From a virus (lineage: Duplodnaviria > Caudoviricetes): a stretch of 57,906 bases of DNA. The notes beneath the pieces are model-generated. The model saw nothing but the letters and a program-made list of their open reading frames with translations, searched no databases and was not told the origin of the DNA. Positions 25,189 to 33,971 of this stretch are shown one piece after another (the first letter of the stretch is position 1; the number at the start of each line of letters is the position of its first letter). Location of the stretch: positions 1 to 57,906 of IMG/VR virus record IMGVR_UViG_3300020147_000010. One strand, given 5' to 3'. The position numbers and the translations under genes were made by a program.

Positions 25189-25679
25189 GGCTTCAGGCTC
25201 CTCTCGCTGTAGACGGGAGCCACGCCAACCTCACGCGCGGCATCGTCGATCATGTTCAGGATGTCGGCCAGCACGAACGGCTGTTCGTGGCTGGGCTTGC
25301 GGTCCCGGCGGCCCATCGCCTCCTCGTTCTCGGCCGCGCCGTCCGCCCAGCCCTTGGCGGCTCGCTCCATCGCCGCCAGGGCGTTGACCGCACCGGCCAG
25401 CTTGTCCGCCTCGGCCGTGACGCTGGTCCGGTCGGTGAGGATCGGCCCGGCGGCCGGAGTGACGCTCTCCGGCCGGAGGTCGCGGAGCCGGGTCGGGAGG
25501 TCGGTCAGCGCGGTGGGCGCGCCGTACTTCTCGGTGAACCGCTCCGGCTCGAACGTCCGGCGGCGGCACGCCGCGTCGTAGGGGTCGCTTCCCCAGGTCC
25601 AGCGGCCGTCCGCGAGCTCCCAGACGAAATCGCCGGAGTCGTCCACGCCCAGGAACCGGGGGTACGGGTGAGTGGTCAT
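25185..25679 (-). CDS. Hypothetical protein
   Basis: ATG 25679 with GGAGGG RBS. Confidence 0.65.
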   Translation of the reverse strand: MTTHPYPRFLGVDDSGDFVWELADGRWTWGSDPYDAACRRRTFEPERFTEKYGAPTALTDLPTRLRDLRPESVTPAAGPILTDRTSVTAEADKLAGAVNALAAMERAAKGWADGAAENEEAMGRRDRKPSHEQPFVLADILNMIDDAAREVGVAPVYSERSLKP

Positions 25680-25738
25680 CGGTGCTCGTTCCCTCCAGGG
25701 TGGGGCCGGGGGAGCCTGGCGGGGCTCCCCCGGGTGGG

Positions 25739-25867
25739 TCACTTCTTGTCGCGCTCGTCGGGCTGGCGGGGCTCGTTCTTGCCGCCCGGGGGCTGCTTGG
25801 CCTTCTCGATCTGCTCCGGCGTGATCTTCCGGCGGCCCTCGCCCACGCCCTCGTTCTTCTCGGCCAC
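25739..25867 (-). CDS. Small charged protein (42 aa), not in ORF track
   Basis: MAEKNEGVGEGRRKITPEQIEKAKQPP...; GAGGAGG RBS; promoter TTGACA-N17-TAAGGT at 25910-25938. Confidence 0.6.
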   Translation of the reverse strand: MAEKNEGVGEGRRKITPEQIEKAKQPPGGKNEPRQPDERDKK

Positions 25868-25972
25868 GGGGTCCTCCTCTCGCCGCGTCCCTCGCGGCTT
25901 CTGGTGACTACCTTACCGCCATCACTGCAAGGTGTCAACAGCGGGTCTCACCAGGGCGTTGACGTGCGAGTG

Positions 25973-27448
25973 TCAGCGGCCGATCGGGCTCAGGCCGGTG
26001 GAGGGGAGCGAGCCCACGGGCTCCACGAACGTGGCCGTGCCGGTCCGGTGCCGGTCGGCCCAGAGCGCCATTGCCACGGCGTCGCCACGGTCCGGGGAGC
26101 GGCCGAGCCGCTTCACCACGTCCTCCTTGGTCTCCACCTTGATCTTGGGCGGGACGCCGGTCGTCACGTCCCAGCGCGGCGTGGTCAGGTCGCTGATCAT
26201 CAGGTCGTCCGGGGGGAGCGCCAGCACCGGTTCGTACGCCGGGTCCAGGAGCTCGCGGAGGTTCCAGTACGCCGCGCTCCGGACGTTGGTGAACCCGTAC
26301 TTGCCGGAGCGGTCCCGGACCGGGGTCTTGCCAGAGCCGGTGTACGCCAGCGGCCGGACGCCCAGCTCCCGGAGCCGGTCGTAGACGCCAGCGCCCAGGC
26401 CGATCACGTCGATGATGGCGCGGCCCTCGCGGCCCTGGATCATGCCCACGGTCGCCATCGTGTCGCGCCGCCGGTGCGCCTCCAGCGTGACGGCCCAGCC
26501 GTCCCGGGCGGCCAGGACGGACTCGTCCCCGCCCCGGCCCACGTCCACGCCGGTCCACAGCGGCCCGCCGGGGGAGGGTCGGCCAGCGCGGTCCCACTCG
26601 TGCCAGCGCTCGATGGCCGCCTCCAGCCACGCCAGCGGGATCACGCTCTCCTCGTCGCTGGCGTGGAACTCGCCCAGCACGCGGTTGTGGTAGATGGCCG
26701 AGTCCGCGCCCCATTGCTCGCGGCGCTGCTCGGCCCACTGGCGCGAGATCCGGCCAGCGCTCACGGCCTCCTCGATCGTGACGTGACGGGTCCACCAGTC
26801 CGCGTACCCGGGCGCGCGCCGGTGGATGTCGTAGAACCGGCCGGACGGCGGGCCGGGCGTGCTCATAGCGAACGCATAGGCGTTGTCCGCCGTGTCGGGA
26901 CCGGCGTTCGAGAACGCGCCCTCAATGGAGTCCCAGGTGGCCGGGGGGATGATCTTGGCCTCGTCCAGGAGGTACAGCAACTCCTCGGCGTGCGCGCCCT
27001 CGATGCGCTCCGGCTGGTTGCTCGCCACGGCGGTGGCCGCGCCGTGGGTCAGCTTCAGCCGGAGGTCCAGGAGCTCGGTCCGGGGGTTGAACGGCGCGCG
27101 GCCCAGCGTGGTGAAGTCGATCCGGCCCGCCCACTTGTGGATCTCGGGCCACAGGTAGACCTCCAGGTGACGCCAGGCGCTGGCCGTCGTGATGATCTTC
27201 CAGTCCTTGCCCGCCAGGTCCCGGGTCGTGGCGAACCAGTTCACCAGGACCGAGCCCATGAACGACTTCCCGAGGCCGTGAGGGCCACGCACAGCCACGC
27301 GGCGCTGGACGGGGAGGGCGTCCAGAACCTCGCCCTGGTAGCCCGCCAGCTTCACGTTCAGGCACTCGTCCGCCCACGCCACCGGGCTGTGCATCCAGCG
27401 GGACAGCCGGGTCCGGCTCAGCACCTTGGCCGCCAGGTCGATCTTCAC
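25973..27448 (-). CDS. terL: Terminase large subunit
   Basis: Walker A GPHGLGKS, Walker B YLLDEA, STP motif, nuclease GVDVGRGGD and SPDRGDA; start GTG 27448. Confidence 0.93.
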   Translation of the reverse strand: MKIDLAAKVLSRTRLSRWMHSPVAWADECLNVKLAGYQGEVLDALPVQRRVAVRGPHGLGKSFMGSVLVNWFATTRDLAGKDWKIITTASAWRHLEVYLWPEIHKWAGRIDFTTLGRAPFNPRTELLDLRLKLTHGAATAVASNQPERIEGAHAEELLYLLDEAKIIPPATWDSIEGAFSNAGPDTADNAYAFAMSTPGPPSGRFYDIHRRAPGYADWWTRHVTIEEAVSAGRISRQWAEQRREQWGADSAIYHNRVLGEFHASDEESVIPLAWLEAAIERWHEWDRAGRPSPGGPLWTGVDVGRGGDESVLAARDGWAVTLEAHRRRDTMATVGMIQGREGRAIIDVIGLGAGVYDRLRELGVRPLAYTGSGKTPVRDRSGKYGFTNVRSAAYWNLRELLDPAYEPVLALPPDDLMISDLTTPRWDVTTGVPPKIKVETKEDVVKRLGRSPDRGDAVAMALWADRHRTGTATFVEPVGSLPSTGLSPIGR

Positions 27449-27618
27449 CGGTAGCTCCTCCCCATCACGCGCTCGAACTCGGTCACCGTGGCGGCCGTCC
27501 GGGCCGCCCTCGTCCGGCGGCTCTCGCGCGCCCTGGGGGAACGGCCGGGCCGCCAGTGCTCGCACCCGGTGGCGACCGGCACCAGCTCCCGGCACGCGCC
27601 GCACGGCCGGTGCGTCAT
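27445..27618 (-). CDS. Small Cys-containing protein
   Basis: MTHRPCGACRELVPVATGCEHW...; coupled at both ends. Confidence 0.55.
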   Translation of the reverse strand: MTHRPCGACRELVPVATGCEHWRPGRSPRARESRRTRAARTAATVTEFERVMGRSYR

Positions 27619-28331
27619 GCCTCGGTCCCGGTCACGTCGATGGACGCGAGGTGGGCCTGGATCAGCGCCGGGACCATCGCCTCCTGTTCGGGCGTCAGGT
27701 TCAGCCCGGCCAGGATCAGGGTCAGCCGGGACGCCACGATGTCGCCCCACTTCTCGGCCATGCCGGTCAGGCGCTCGCTGATACCCATGTCGTGGGCGGT
27801 CTTGGCGAACTTCACCACGCGGTCCCGCTCGGCGGCCTCCAGGGCCACCAGGGCGCGGACCTCCTCGCTGACGGCGTAGATGTGGCCGTCCTTGCCCGCC
27901 GCGCCGTACCGGTAGCCGATCAGGCCGGAGCCCTGGACGTGCTCGCCCTGGCCCGCCTGGAGGCCGTCGCGGTCCGGCTCCGGCGGCTCGTCTGTCACCA
28001 CCTGCTGGCGTAGGAGCTCGCCGTAGGCGGCGGCCCGGAGCCAGGTCATCTGGAGCATCCCGAGAACGGCCATGCTGGCGTCCAGCGGCTGGCCGCCGTG
28101 TGGTGCGCCGATGGCGGACCAGGCCGTGATGCGGGCCTCGCCCTTGGCGCGCGCCACCTCCAGCCGGTGACCGGCGTGGGTGGTGCAAGCGTCTAGGCCA
28201 CGGACGGCCATCGCGTGGCACGGTCCCCGGCCCTTGCTCCGGTTCTTGGTGCACTCCAGCCGCTCGTGCTCGTCGCACCACCGGGCGTTCCCGGGGTTGT
28301 TGTCCTTGGTCAGGCCGGGGGGTCGGGTCAT
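27615..28331 (-). CDS. terS: Terminase small subunit (probable)
   Basis: N-terminal Cys/His module (CTK...C...CTTHAG), ERDRVVKFAKTAHDMGISER helix; upstream of terL. Confidence 0.65.
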   Translation of the reverse strand: MTRPPGLTKDNNPGNARWCDEHERLECTKNRSKGRGPCHAMAVRGLDACTTHAGHRLEVARAKGEARITAWSAIGAPHGGQPLDASMAVLGMLQMTWLRAAAYGELLRQQVVTDEPPEPDRDGLQAGQGEHVQGSGLIGYRYGAAGKDGHIYAVSEEVRALVALEAAERDRVVKFAKTAHDMGISERLTGMAEKWGDIVASRLTLILAGLNLTPEQEAMVPALIQAHLASIDVTGTEA

Positions 28332-28494
28332 GCTGTCACTCTACCTTGCAGTAGGAGGGCATCTCACCTCGGAGCCGTGACAGTGAAGTGTCAGACGCAC
28401 CGAGCCCCCGGCCTGGACGGGGAGGTCAGGGGCCGGGGGCTCGGGCTGGACGGCTCCCCACTGTGTCCCGGGACGGGGGAGCCGCACAGTCAGG

Positions 28495-29064
28495 CTACCG
28501 CTTGCGGAGGTGCGCGCGCTGGCTCGTGGTGAGCACCATCCGGTACCGGTCCACGTAGGGGTTCATCAGGTTGCGCGCGTACTTGCTCGGGTGGCCGAGC
28601 CCGAACTGGTGGCCGAGCTCGTGGGTCAGGAGCCAGGTCCGGTGCCGGTCGTACTTGTACCAGCGCTTGTACCGGCTGTTCATCGCCTTGCCGGTGTCGA
28701 TGGTGATTGTGCTCCCCTGGCTCCAGCCGACCGGACCGGACTTCCAGGCACCCACCCGGCCCTGGCGGATCGTCACGCACCGGTACGCCTTGCCCGAGCA
28801 CCGGGCCACCAGCCGCATGTCCGAGGCCGTGTACCGGTCCAGCCAGTTGACGGCGGCCGACACCCGCCAGGCGCGCGGCGAGATCCGGTCCACCACCTCG
28901 ATCACCCGCTTACTCGGGGGCGGCGGCCCGGCCTTGCTCCAGTCGATGGTGGTCACCCAGGACGCGCGCACCGGCTCCGGCGCGGCGGCGGCCGGGCTCG
29001 GCGCACCGGTCAGGCCAGCCACCAGGCTGGCGATCATCATCAGGATGCGGATCAGGATGCTCAT
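28495..29064 (-). CDS. Secreted metzincin (matrixin/M10-like) metalloprotease
   Basis: Signal-peptide-like N-terminus ending AAA-A; HELGHQFGLGH and Met-turn LMNP. Confidence 0.8.
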   Translation of the reverse strand: MSILIRILMMIASLVAGLTGAPSPAAAAPEPVRASWVTTIDWSKAGPPPPSKRVIEVVDRISPRAWRVSAAVNWLDRYTASDMRLVARCSGKAYRCVTIRQGRVGAWKSGPVGWSQGSTITIDTGKAMNSRYKRWYKYDRHRTWLLTHELGHQFGLGHPSKYARNLMNPYVDRYRMVLTTSQRAHLRKR

Positions 29065-29115
29065 CGTTCGGTCCTCCTCGTCGTGTGCCCCAACCTTACC
29101 GTCAGGGCTGTGATG

Positions 29116-29394
29116 TCAGTGTGAAGCGAGCACCAGGCCGTAACACGCCAGGGCGCTGACGATCAGGCCCAGGCCCGCCGTGACGCACGCACGCGCCCAC
29201 AGCGGAGCCGGGGGCCGGGGCTTCACCGTGCGCGCCCACGGCGGCCGTCCAGGGCTGACGTACGCGGCCTCGCTGTCGATGGGCGGGGGAGGCGGCGGGG
29301 GAGCGCCCCAGGCGGCCAGCGCCTCCAGCGGCTCCGGACCCACCCGGGCCACGCCGCGCCGGTAGCCGGTGGCGGCCATCTTCTCGTTCACCAT
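29116..29394 (-). CDS. Pro-rich protein with C-terminal TM helix
   Basis: GGAG RBS; hydrophobic C-terminus. Confidence 0.55.
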   Translation of the reverse strand: MVNEKMAATGYRRGVARVGPEPLEALAAWGAPPPPPPPIDSEAAYVSPGRPPWARTVKPRPPAPLWARACVTAGLGLIVSALACYGLVLASH

Positions 29395-29464
29395 GTCGAT
29401 CTCCAGGGTTGGTTCGGGTGGTGCGGGCCGGTCGGCGGCCGGGTCTCCCCGGCCGCCGCGCCGG

Positions 29465-32400
29465 TCACTTCTCGTAGCACTTGCTCCAGTCGGTCCCGGT
29501 CTTGCTCACGTCGGCCAGGATCGGCACGCCGCGCCACTCGAACGAGAGCGCGTCCACCACGGTCCGGCCGATCTCCTCGGCGTGCTCGGCCGGGACGGAC
29601 AGGACGATCTCGTCGTGGATCTGAGCCCGCAGCATCGGCAGGATCTCGGCCGGGAGCCGGAGGAGCCCGGTCATCATGATGTCCCGGGCCGCGCCCTGGC
29701 CCATCAGCGCCGGACCCTGGGTGTGGGCGCGCTGGGGGTCGGCCCGCATCATCCGGCCGAACCCGTTGTCCATCAGCGCGCCACTCTCGGCCAGCGCCCG
29801 AACCTCGGTCTGCCACTCCACGAGCCGGGGGAAGCGCTCGTACATCGACCGGTCGAACTGGCGGACGATGGCCGGGTCCAGGTCGTTGCTCTCGCTGATG
29901 GCCTTGATCCCCCGGCCGTAGTTCCAGCCGTGGCCGATCGGCTTAGCCACCTCGCGCATCCCGGGGTCACCGAACAGGAGCCGGGCGATCTCGGCGTGGG
30001 GGTCCTCGGACATCAGCATCTGGATGTAGCCCTGGTCCTGGCTGAGCCCGGCCACGGCGCGCATGTCCACCTGGCTGAGGTCGGCCGAGATCAGCACCTC
30101 CCCCGGGTCGGGGAGGAGGACGGCCCGCTCCACGTGACGGCCGCCGCGCTTGCCGAGCACGGTCAGGCCGGGCGAGGTGACGGACCAGCGGCCGGTGGCC
30201 TGGTCGAACCCGATCCGGGGGTGAACCCGGCCGTCCGGGCCGAGGTTGTCCGAGAGCGTCTGGTAGACCGAGCGCGCGCCCACGATCCGGTACACGTTCT
30301 TGGCGATCTCGCGGACCGCCGGGAGGTGGCCGTACTCCTGGGCCAGGTGGCGCATGTGGTCGCCCGAGGTGTCCAGGTCCGCGCTCTTGCCGGTGCGCCA
30401 CAGGCTCGTGGCACCGGCGGCCCGGAGAGCGGCCTCCAGGGCCTCCTTGCCCGCCTTGCTCGCCAGCGGCGACTTGTACGCCTTGCCCTTGGCGTCGGCC
30501 AGCGGGATACCGGCGTGCTCGGCCAGCCAGGCCAGGCTCTCGGCCTTGCGCTGGTTGACCTCCTCCACCCGCTGGGCGAGGAGCGGCTGGTCCACCAGGA
30601 ACCCGTTGTAGCTGATCTGGGCGGCCAGGGCGGCCACCCGGTGCTCCCGGACCAGGTACTCCGGCACGGTGCCGCCCAGCTTCTCCAGGAGCGCGCCGTA
30701 GAGCGCCCGGCTGGCCTCCACGTCCCCGGCCATGTACCGGATGAACTCGGCCGCGTCGGCCGCGCGCTCCGGGTCCGGGTCGCTGGTGTCCCACGGGATG
30801 GCGTCCCAGCCGCCGTACTTCTTGGCGAGCGCGCCCGAGACCTCGGACAGCTTCTGGCCCACGCCGTACTGGTCCACCAGGCGGCCCAGGTCGTACTTGC
30901 GCGTCTGGTCCACGCCCTTGTCCCGGGCCATCGGCGGGTCGATGAACCGCGCGGCCAGGAGGGCATCGAACAGGCGGCCGTCCGCCGCGAGCTGGTGCAC
31001 CTCGGCCATCGTCAGCGCACCGGCGCGCACCAGGGCGGGGAGGTCGAACCCCATGATGTTGTGGCCGGTCACCACCTTGCCGGAGCGGATGGCCTGGGCG
31101 GCCAGCGCGGTGGCGGCCGGAGTCCCGGCGGCCGTGATGACCGAGCCGGTCTCCCGGGCGGCACCGGCCAGCCGGATGTACCCGGCCGGGTCGGCCTTGT
31201 GGAGGTCCCCGGCGTCGCCGGTCTCCAGGTCGAACGTCACCACGCCGGTGGGCTCGATGTCCGTCTCCCCGCCGGTCAGGTCGGACTCGTCGGCTCCCCG
31301 GGCCTCGCCGTGTTCGTTGTACGGGGCGGGCTCGGGCTCCATTGACGGTGGAGTGTCAACCGGCTCCGGGTTCGGGGTGACCGGCGGGGGCGTGGGCTCG
31401 CGGTCCGGGTTCTCGTCGGTCGGCTCGCTCTCGCCCTCCTCGTACACCCGCCACAGGCTGACGTGGCCGTGGGCAGAGCCCTGGCGCTCGATCCAAAGCC
31501 CCTCGTACCGGCGGCCCCGGAGCCGGGAGTACGCCTCGCCCAGCGCCTTGCCGTAGCCCTTGTCCGAGGCGTCGTCCAGCTTGGGCGGGGCCATGTACCC
31601 GGCCGGGTCGCTCAGCGCCTTCTCGCGCACCTGGGCGGTCCGGAACGGGTCGTCCCCGAACAGCTCGCGGAGCCAGCGGAGGTGCCCCATCCAGTACTGG
31701 GTGTCGAAATCGCTCTCCGAGCGCCAGACCTTCAGGTTGTCCAGGAACCCGGTCAGCCCGGCGGTCTCCACGATGCCGCCGACGATCTTCTCCCAGACCT
31801 CGAACGAGCCGAACGAAACGCCGCGCTTGGGCCGGGGCGCGCCCTTGGCGAACCAGGCCCGGACCAGCGTCAGGATGGCGGTCATCAGCTCGGCGCGGTG
31901 CTTGCGCGTCCAGCTCCCCAGGTCGAGCCCGGACTGGCCGGGGTGCCGGAAGGTCTCGGCCGGGCGGTCCTGGGGGTTGGCGTACCGGGGCCGGAGCGCG
32001 ATCCGGTAGACCCGGCGCGTCACGTCGCCCTTGACCTGGACGTTGTTGCCCAGGCTCATCCAGGTGATGACGTTCGGGAAGTTCGCCATCGTGCTGACAC
32101 CCAGGATGCGGTCCTGCCAGGTAGCGGCCGTGAGGGCCTGGGCCAGGGGAGCGCCCTCGACCACGTGAGCCTCATCGAACACGAAGAACTCCGCGCCGGT
32201 GCGGAACGCCGAGGTGATTTGCTTCCGGAGCTCGTCGGCCTCGCTGACCCAGTTCATCGGCTCGGCGGCCTGGCCGGTGTAGACGGTCAGGAGGCTGTCC
32301 GCCAGGAGGTTCTTCCCCACGCCCATCTGGAGGCCGTCGATCACGGCCAGCGGGACCTTGGGGACCATGCCCCGGATGGCCGGGGTGACGATCAGGGCCA

Positions 32401-33688
32401 GCACGTTGGCCCGGTCGGTGTCCGAGTCAAACGGGAAGTCACCCAGCCACTCGGTCAGGATGAGCTCGCGGGCCGCCTCGATCTCGGCCGGGCTGGGGTC
32501 CTCGGGCACCTTCAGTCCGTCGAACGCCGGGTCAGGGATCAGCATGGTCCGGGTGGCCTCGTCGTACCCGGGCTCGGTGACCACGGTCCCGTCCTCGCGG
32601 ACGAACGGCGCGTGGGCGATGCGGTCCAGCTTGGCGAACTGGTCCGCCCGGCTCATGGTGGCCGCCATCGTGCCGGGGTCCGGCCAGGAGAACGTGAACG
32701 TGGTCCCGTTGGCCCCCTCGTTCTTGTTCACCGTCCGGGCGGTCTCCTGGATCAGGTCGTGGAACGAGCCCCGATCCACCGGGTGCATCCCGTCCGCCTT
32801 GCGGCGGCTGATCACGCCACCGTGACAGAACAGCTCCACGGCGTTCCAGCGGTCCAGGAGCGCACCGGCCAGCGCGTTGATCACGTCGTAACGGTCCTCG
32901 TTCACCACGATGGTGACCCGGCCGTCCGAGGTGCCGCCCGGCTCCTCGCCGCGCTTCTTGCCCTTGGGCTTGGCGTCGGCGGGCTTGGGCTTGGCCCCCG
33001 AGACGATGCGGGCCAGGTAGTCCGCCCGGCGTGCCTCGGGCCGCTTTGACAGAACATCGTCAAGGCCCGCCTTGCCGCCGCTCCCGGGGAGGCGGCCGAA
33101 CGTGACCCGGGTCGCGCCCTCCATCGCCAGCGCCTCGGCCAGCGCCAGCCCGGCCTCGTAGACCTGGGGGTTGTCGGCCGCGTCGGCGTCCAGGATGACC
33201 ACCACGTCCCGGCCGTCCGCCACCATCAGGTCCGGGATCGGCTGGCCGTCGATCTGCCACATCCGGCACCCGGCCATGCCGTAGACGCCCACGCCCTCGG
33301 GTGCGTACGTGGCGGCGGCCAGGCATTGCTTGGTGCCCTCCACCAGGAGGATCTTCTCCGCGCCCTCCACGGGCCGGACAGCCCACAGGACCGGGGTCAT
33401 GTCCTTGCGGAACACGTACTTCCGCTCCCGGCCCCGGTTGTCGGCCGTGGGGTTGTCCGGGCGGACCTGGTACTCCACGTCCCCGGCCTCGTTCGTCCAG
33501 GGGAACAGGATGGCCGGGTGGTTGGCCCAGTTGCCCCAGACGCCCTCCTGGGGGTTGTCCTCGCGGCTCAGGAGCGACCGGACGCCCAGCCGCTCGGCCA
33601 GGTCCGGGTCCACGGCCTGGCCCGCCAGGAACGCGCGGTGGTCGTCGCTGAGCTGTGCTCGTGGGCTGGTCGTGTTATCGTCGGCCAC
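29465..33688 (-). CDS. Primase (TOPRIM) - SF3-like helicase - 3'-5' exonuclease - family A DNA polymerase fusion (~1407 aa)
   Basis: TOPRIM LLVEGTKQ/ILDAD/GLDD; Walker A GVGKN, Walker B FVFDE, SLGNN; ExoI FDLET, ExoII GHNIMGFDL, ExoIII YMAGDV; Pol motifs DLSQVDMR, R..AKPIGHGWNYG, IHDEIV. Confidence 0.9.
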   Translation of the reverse strand: MADDNTTSPRAQLSDDHRAFLAGQAVDPDLAERLGVRSLLSREDNPQEGVWGNWANHPAILFPWTNEAGDVEYQVRPDNPTADNRGRERKYVFRKDMTPVLWAVRPVEGAEKILLVEGTKQCLAAATYAPEGVGVYGMAGCRMWQIDGQPIPDLMVADGRDVVVILDADAADNPQVYEAGLALAEALAMEGATRVTFGRLPGSGGKAGLDDVLSKRPEARRADYLARIVSGAKPKPADAKPKGKKRGEEPGGTSDGRVTIVVNEDRYDVINALAGALLDRWNAVELFCHGGVISRRKADGMHPVDRGSFHDLIQETARTVNKNEGANGTTFTFSWPDPGTMAATMSRADQFAKLDRIAHAPFVREDGTVVTEPGYDEATRTMLIPDPAFDGLKVPEDPSPAEIEAARELILTEWLGDFPFDSDTDRANVLALIVTPAIRGMVPKVPLAVIDGLQMGVGKNLLADSLLTVYTGQAAEPMNWVSEADELRKQITSAFRTGAEFFVFDEAHVVEGAPLAQALTAATWQDRILGVSTMANFPNVITWMSLGNNVQVKGDVTRRVYRIALRPRYANPQDRPAETFRHPGQSGLDLGSWTRKHRAELMTAILTLVRAWFAKGAPRPKRGVSFGSFEVWEKIVGGIVETAGLTGFLDNLKVWRSESDFDTQYWMGHLRWLRELFGDDPFRTAQVREKALSDPAGYMAPPKLDDASDKGYGKALGEAYSRLRGRRYEGLWIERQGSAHGHVSLWRVYEEGESEPTDENPDREPTPPPVTPNPEPVDTPPSMEPEPAPYNEHGEARGADESDLTGGETDIEPTGVVTFDLETGDAGDLHKADPAGYIRLAGAARETGSVITAAGTPAATALAAQAIRSGKVVTGHNIMGFDLPALVRAGALTMAEVHQLAADGRLFDALLAARFIDPPMARDKGVDQTRKYDLGRLVDQYGVGQKLSEVSGALAKKYGGWDAIPWDTSDPDPERAADAAEFIRYMAGDVEASRALYGALLEKLGGTVPEYLVREHRVAALAAQISYNGFLVDQPLLAQRVEEVNQRKAESLAWLAEHAGIPLADAKGKAYKSPLASKAGKEALEAALRAAGATSLWRTGKSADLDTSGDHMRHLAQEYGHLPAVREIAKNVYRIVGARSVYQTLSDNLGPDGRVHPRIGFDQATGRWSVTSPGLTVLGKRGGRHVERAVLLPDPGEVLISADLSQVDMRAVAGLSQDQGYIQMLMSEDPHAEIARLLFGDPGMREVAKPIGHGWNYGRGIKAISESNDLDPAIVRQFDRSMYERFPRLVEWQTEVRALAESGALMDNGFGRMMRADPQRAHTQGPALMGQGAARDIMMTGLLRLPAEILPMLRAQIHDEIVLSVPAEHAEEIGRTVVDALSFEWRGVPILADVSKTGTDWSKCYEK

Positions 33689-33762
33689 AGTTCGGTCTTC
33701 CTTCCAGGGTTGATCTGGTCCGGGCGGCTCCCTCACGGGGGCCGCCCGGTTCCGTTTTCAAG

Positions 33763-33876
33763 CTACGCCGGGCGGCGCTGGCCGGTGCCGGTCGGCTGGC
33801 CCACCGGCGGCCGGTCGCGCCGGATCTCCTCCAGCGTGCGGACCCGCTCGGGCTGGCCCTCGTTCGCCTTGCTCAT
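33763..33876 (-). CDS. Small hypothetical protein (37 aa), not in ORF track
   Basis: MSKANEGQPERVRTLEEIRRDRPP...; GGGGAGG RBS; TAAGGT -10 near 33942-33947. Confidence 0.5.
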   Translation of the reverse strand: MSKANEGQPERVRTLEEIRRDRPPVGQPTGTGQRRPA

Positions 33877-33971
33877 CGGACCTCCCCGTCCTCTGGGGGG
33901 ACCGGGGGGACCTTGCGGCCCTCCCCGTTCCCGGAGTTGCAACCTTACAGCCTTGCCGGTCTGGTGGCAAC

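Noticed and set aside
31260-31440. Intein or mobile insertion in the primase-polymerase gene
   Set aside because: The segment is a low-complexity Pro/Glu linker without Cys/Ser start, His-Asn end or LAGLIDADG motifs
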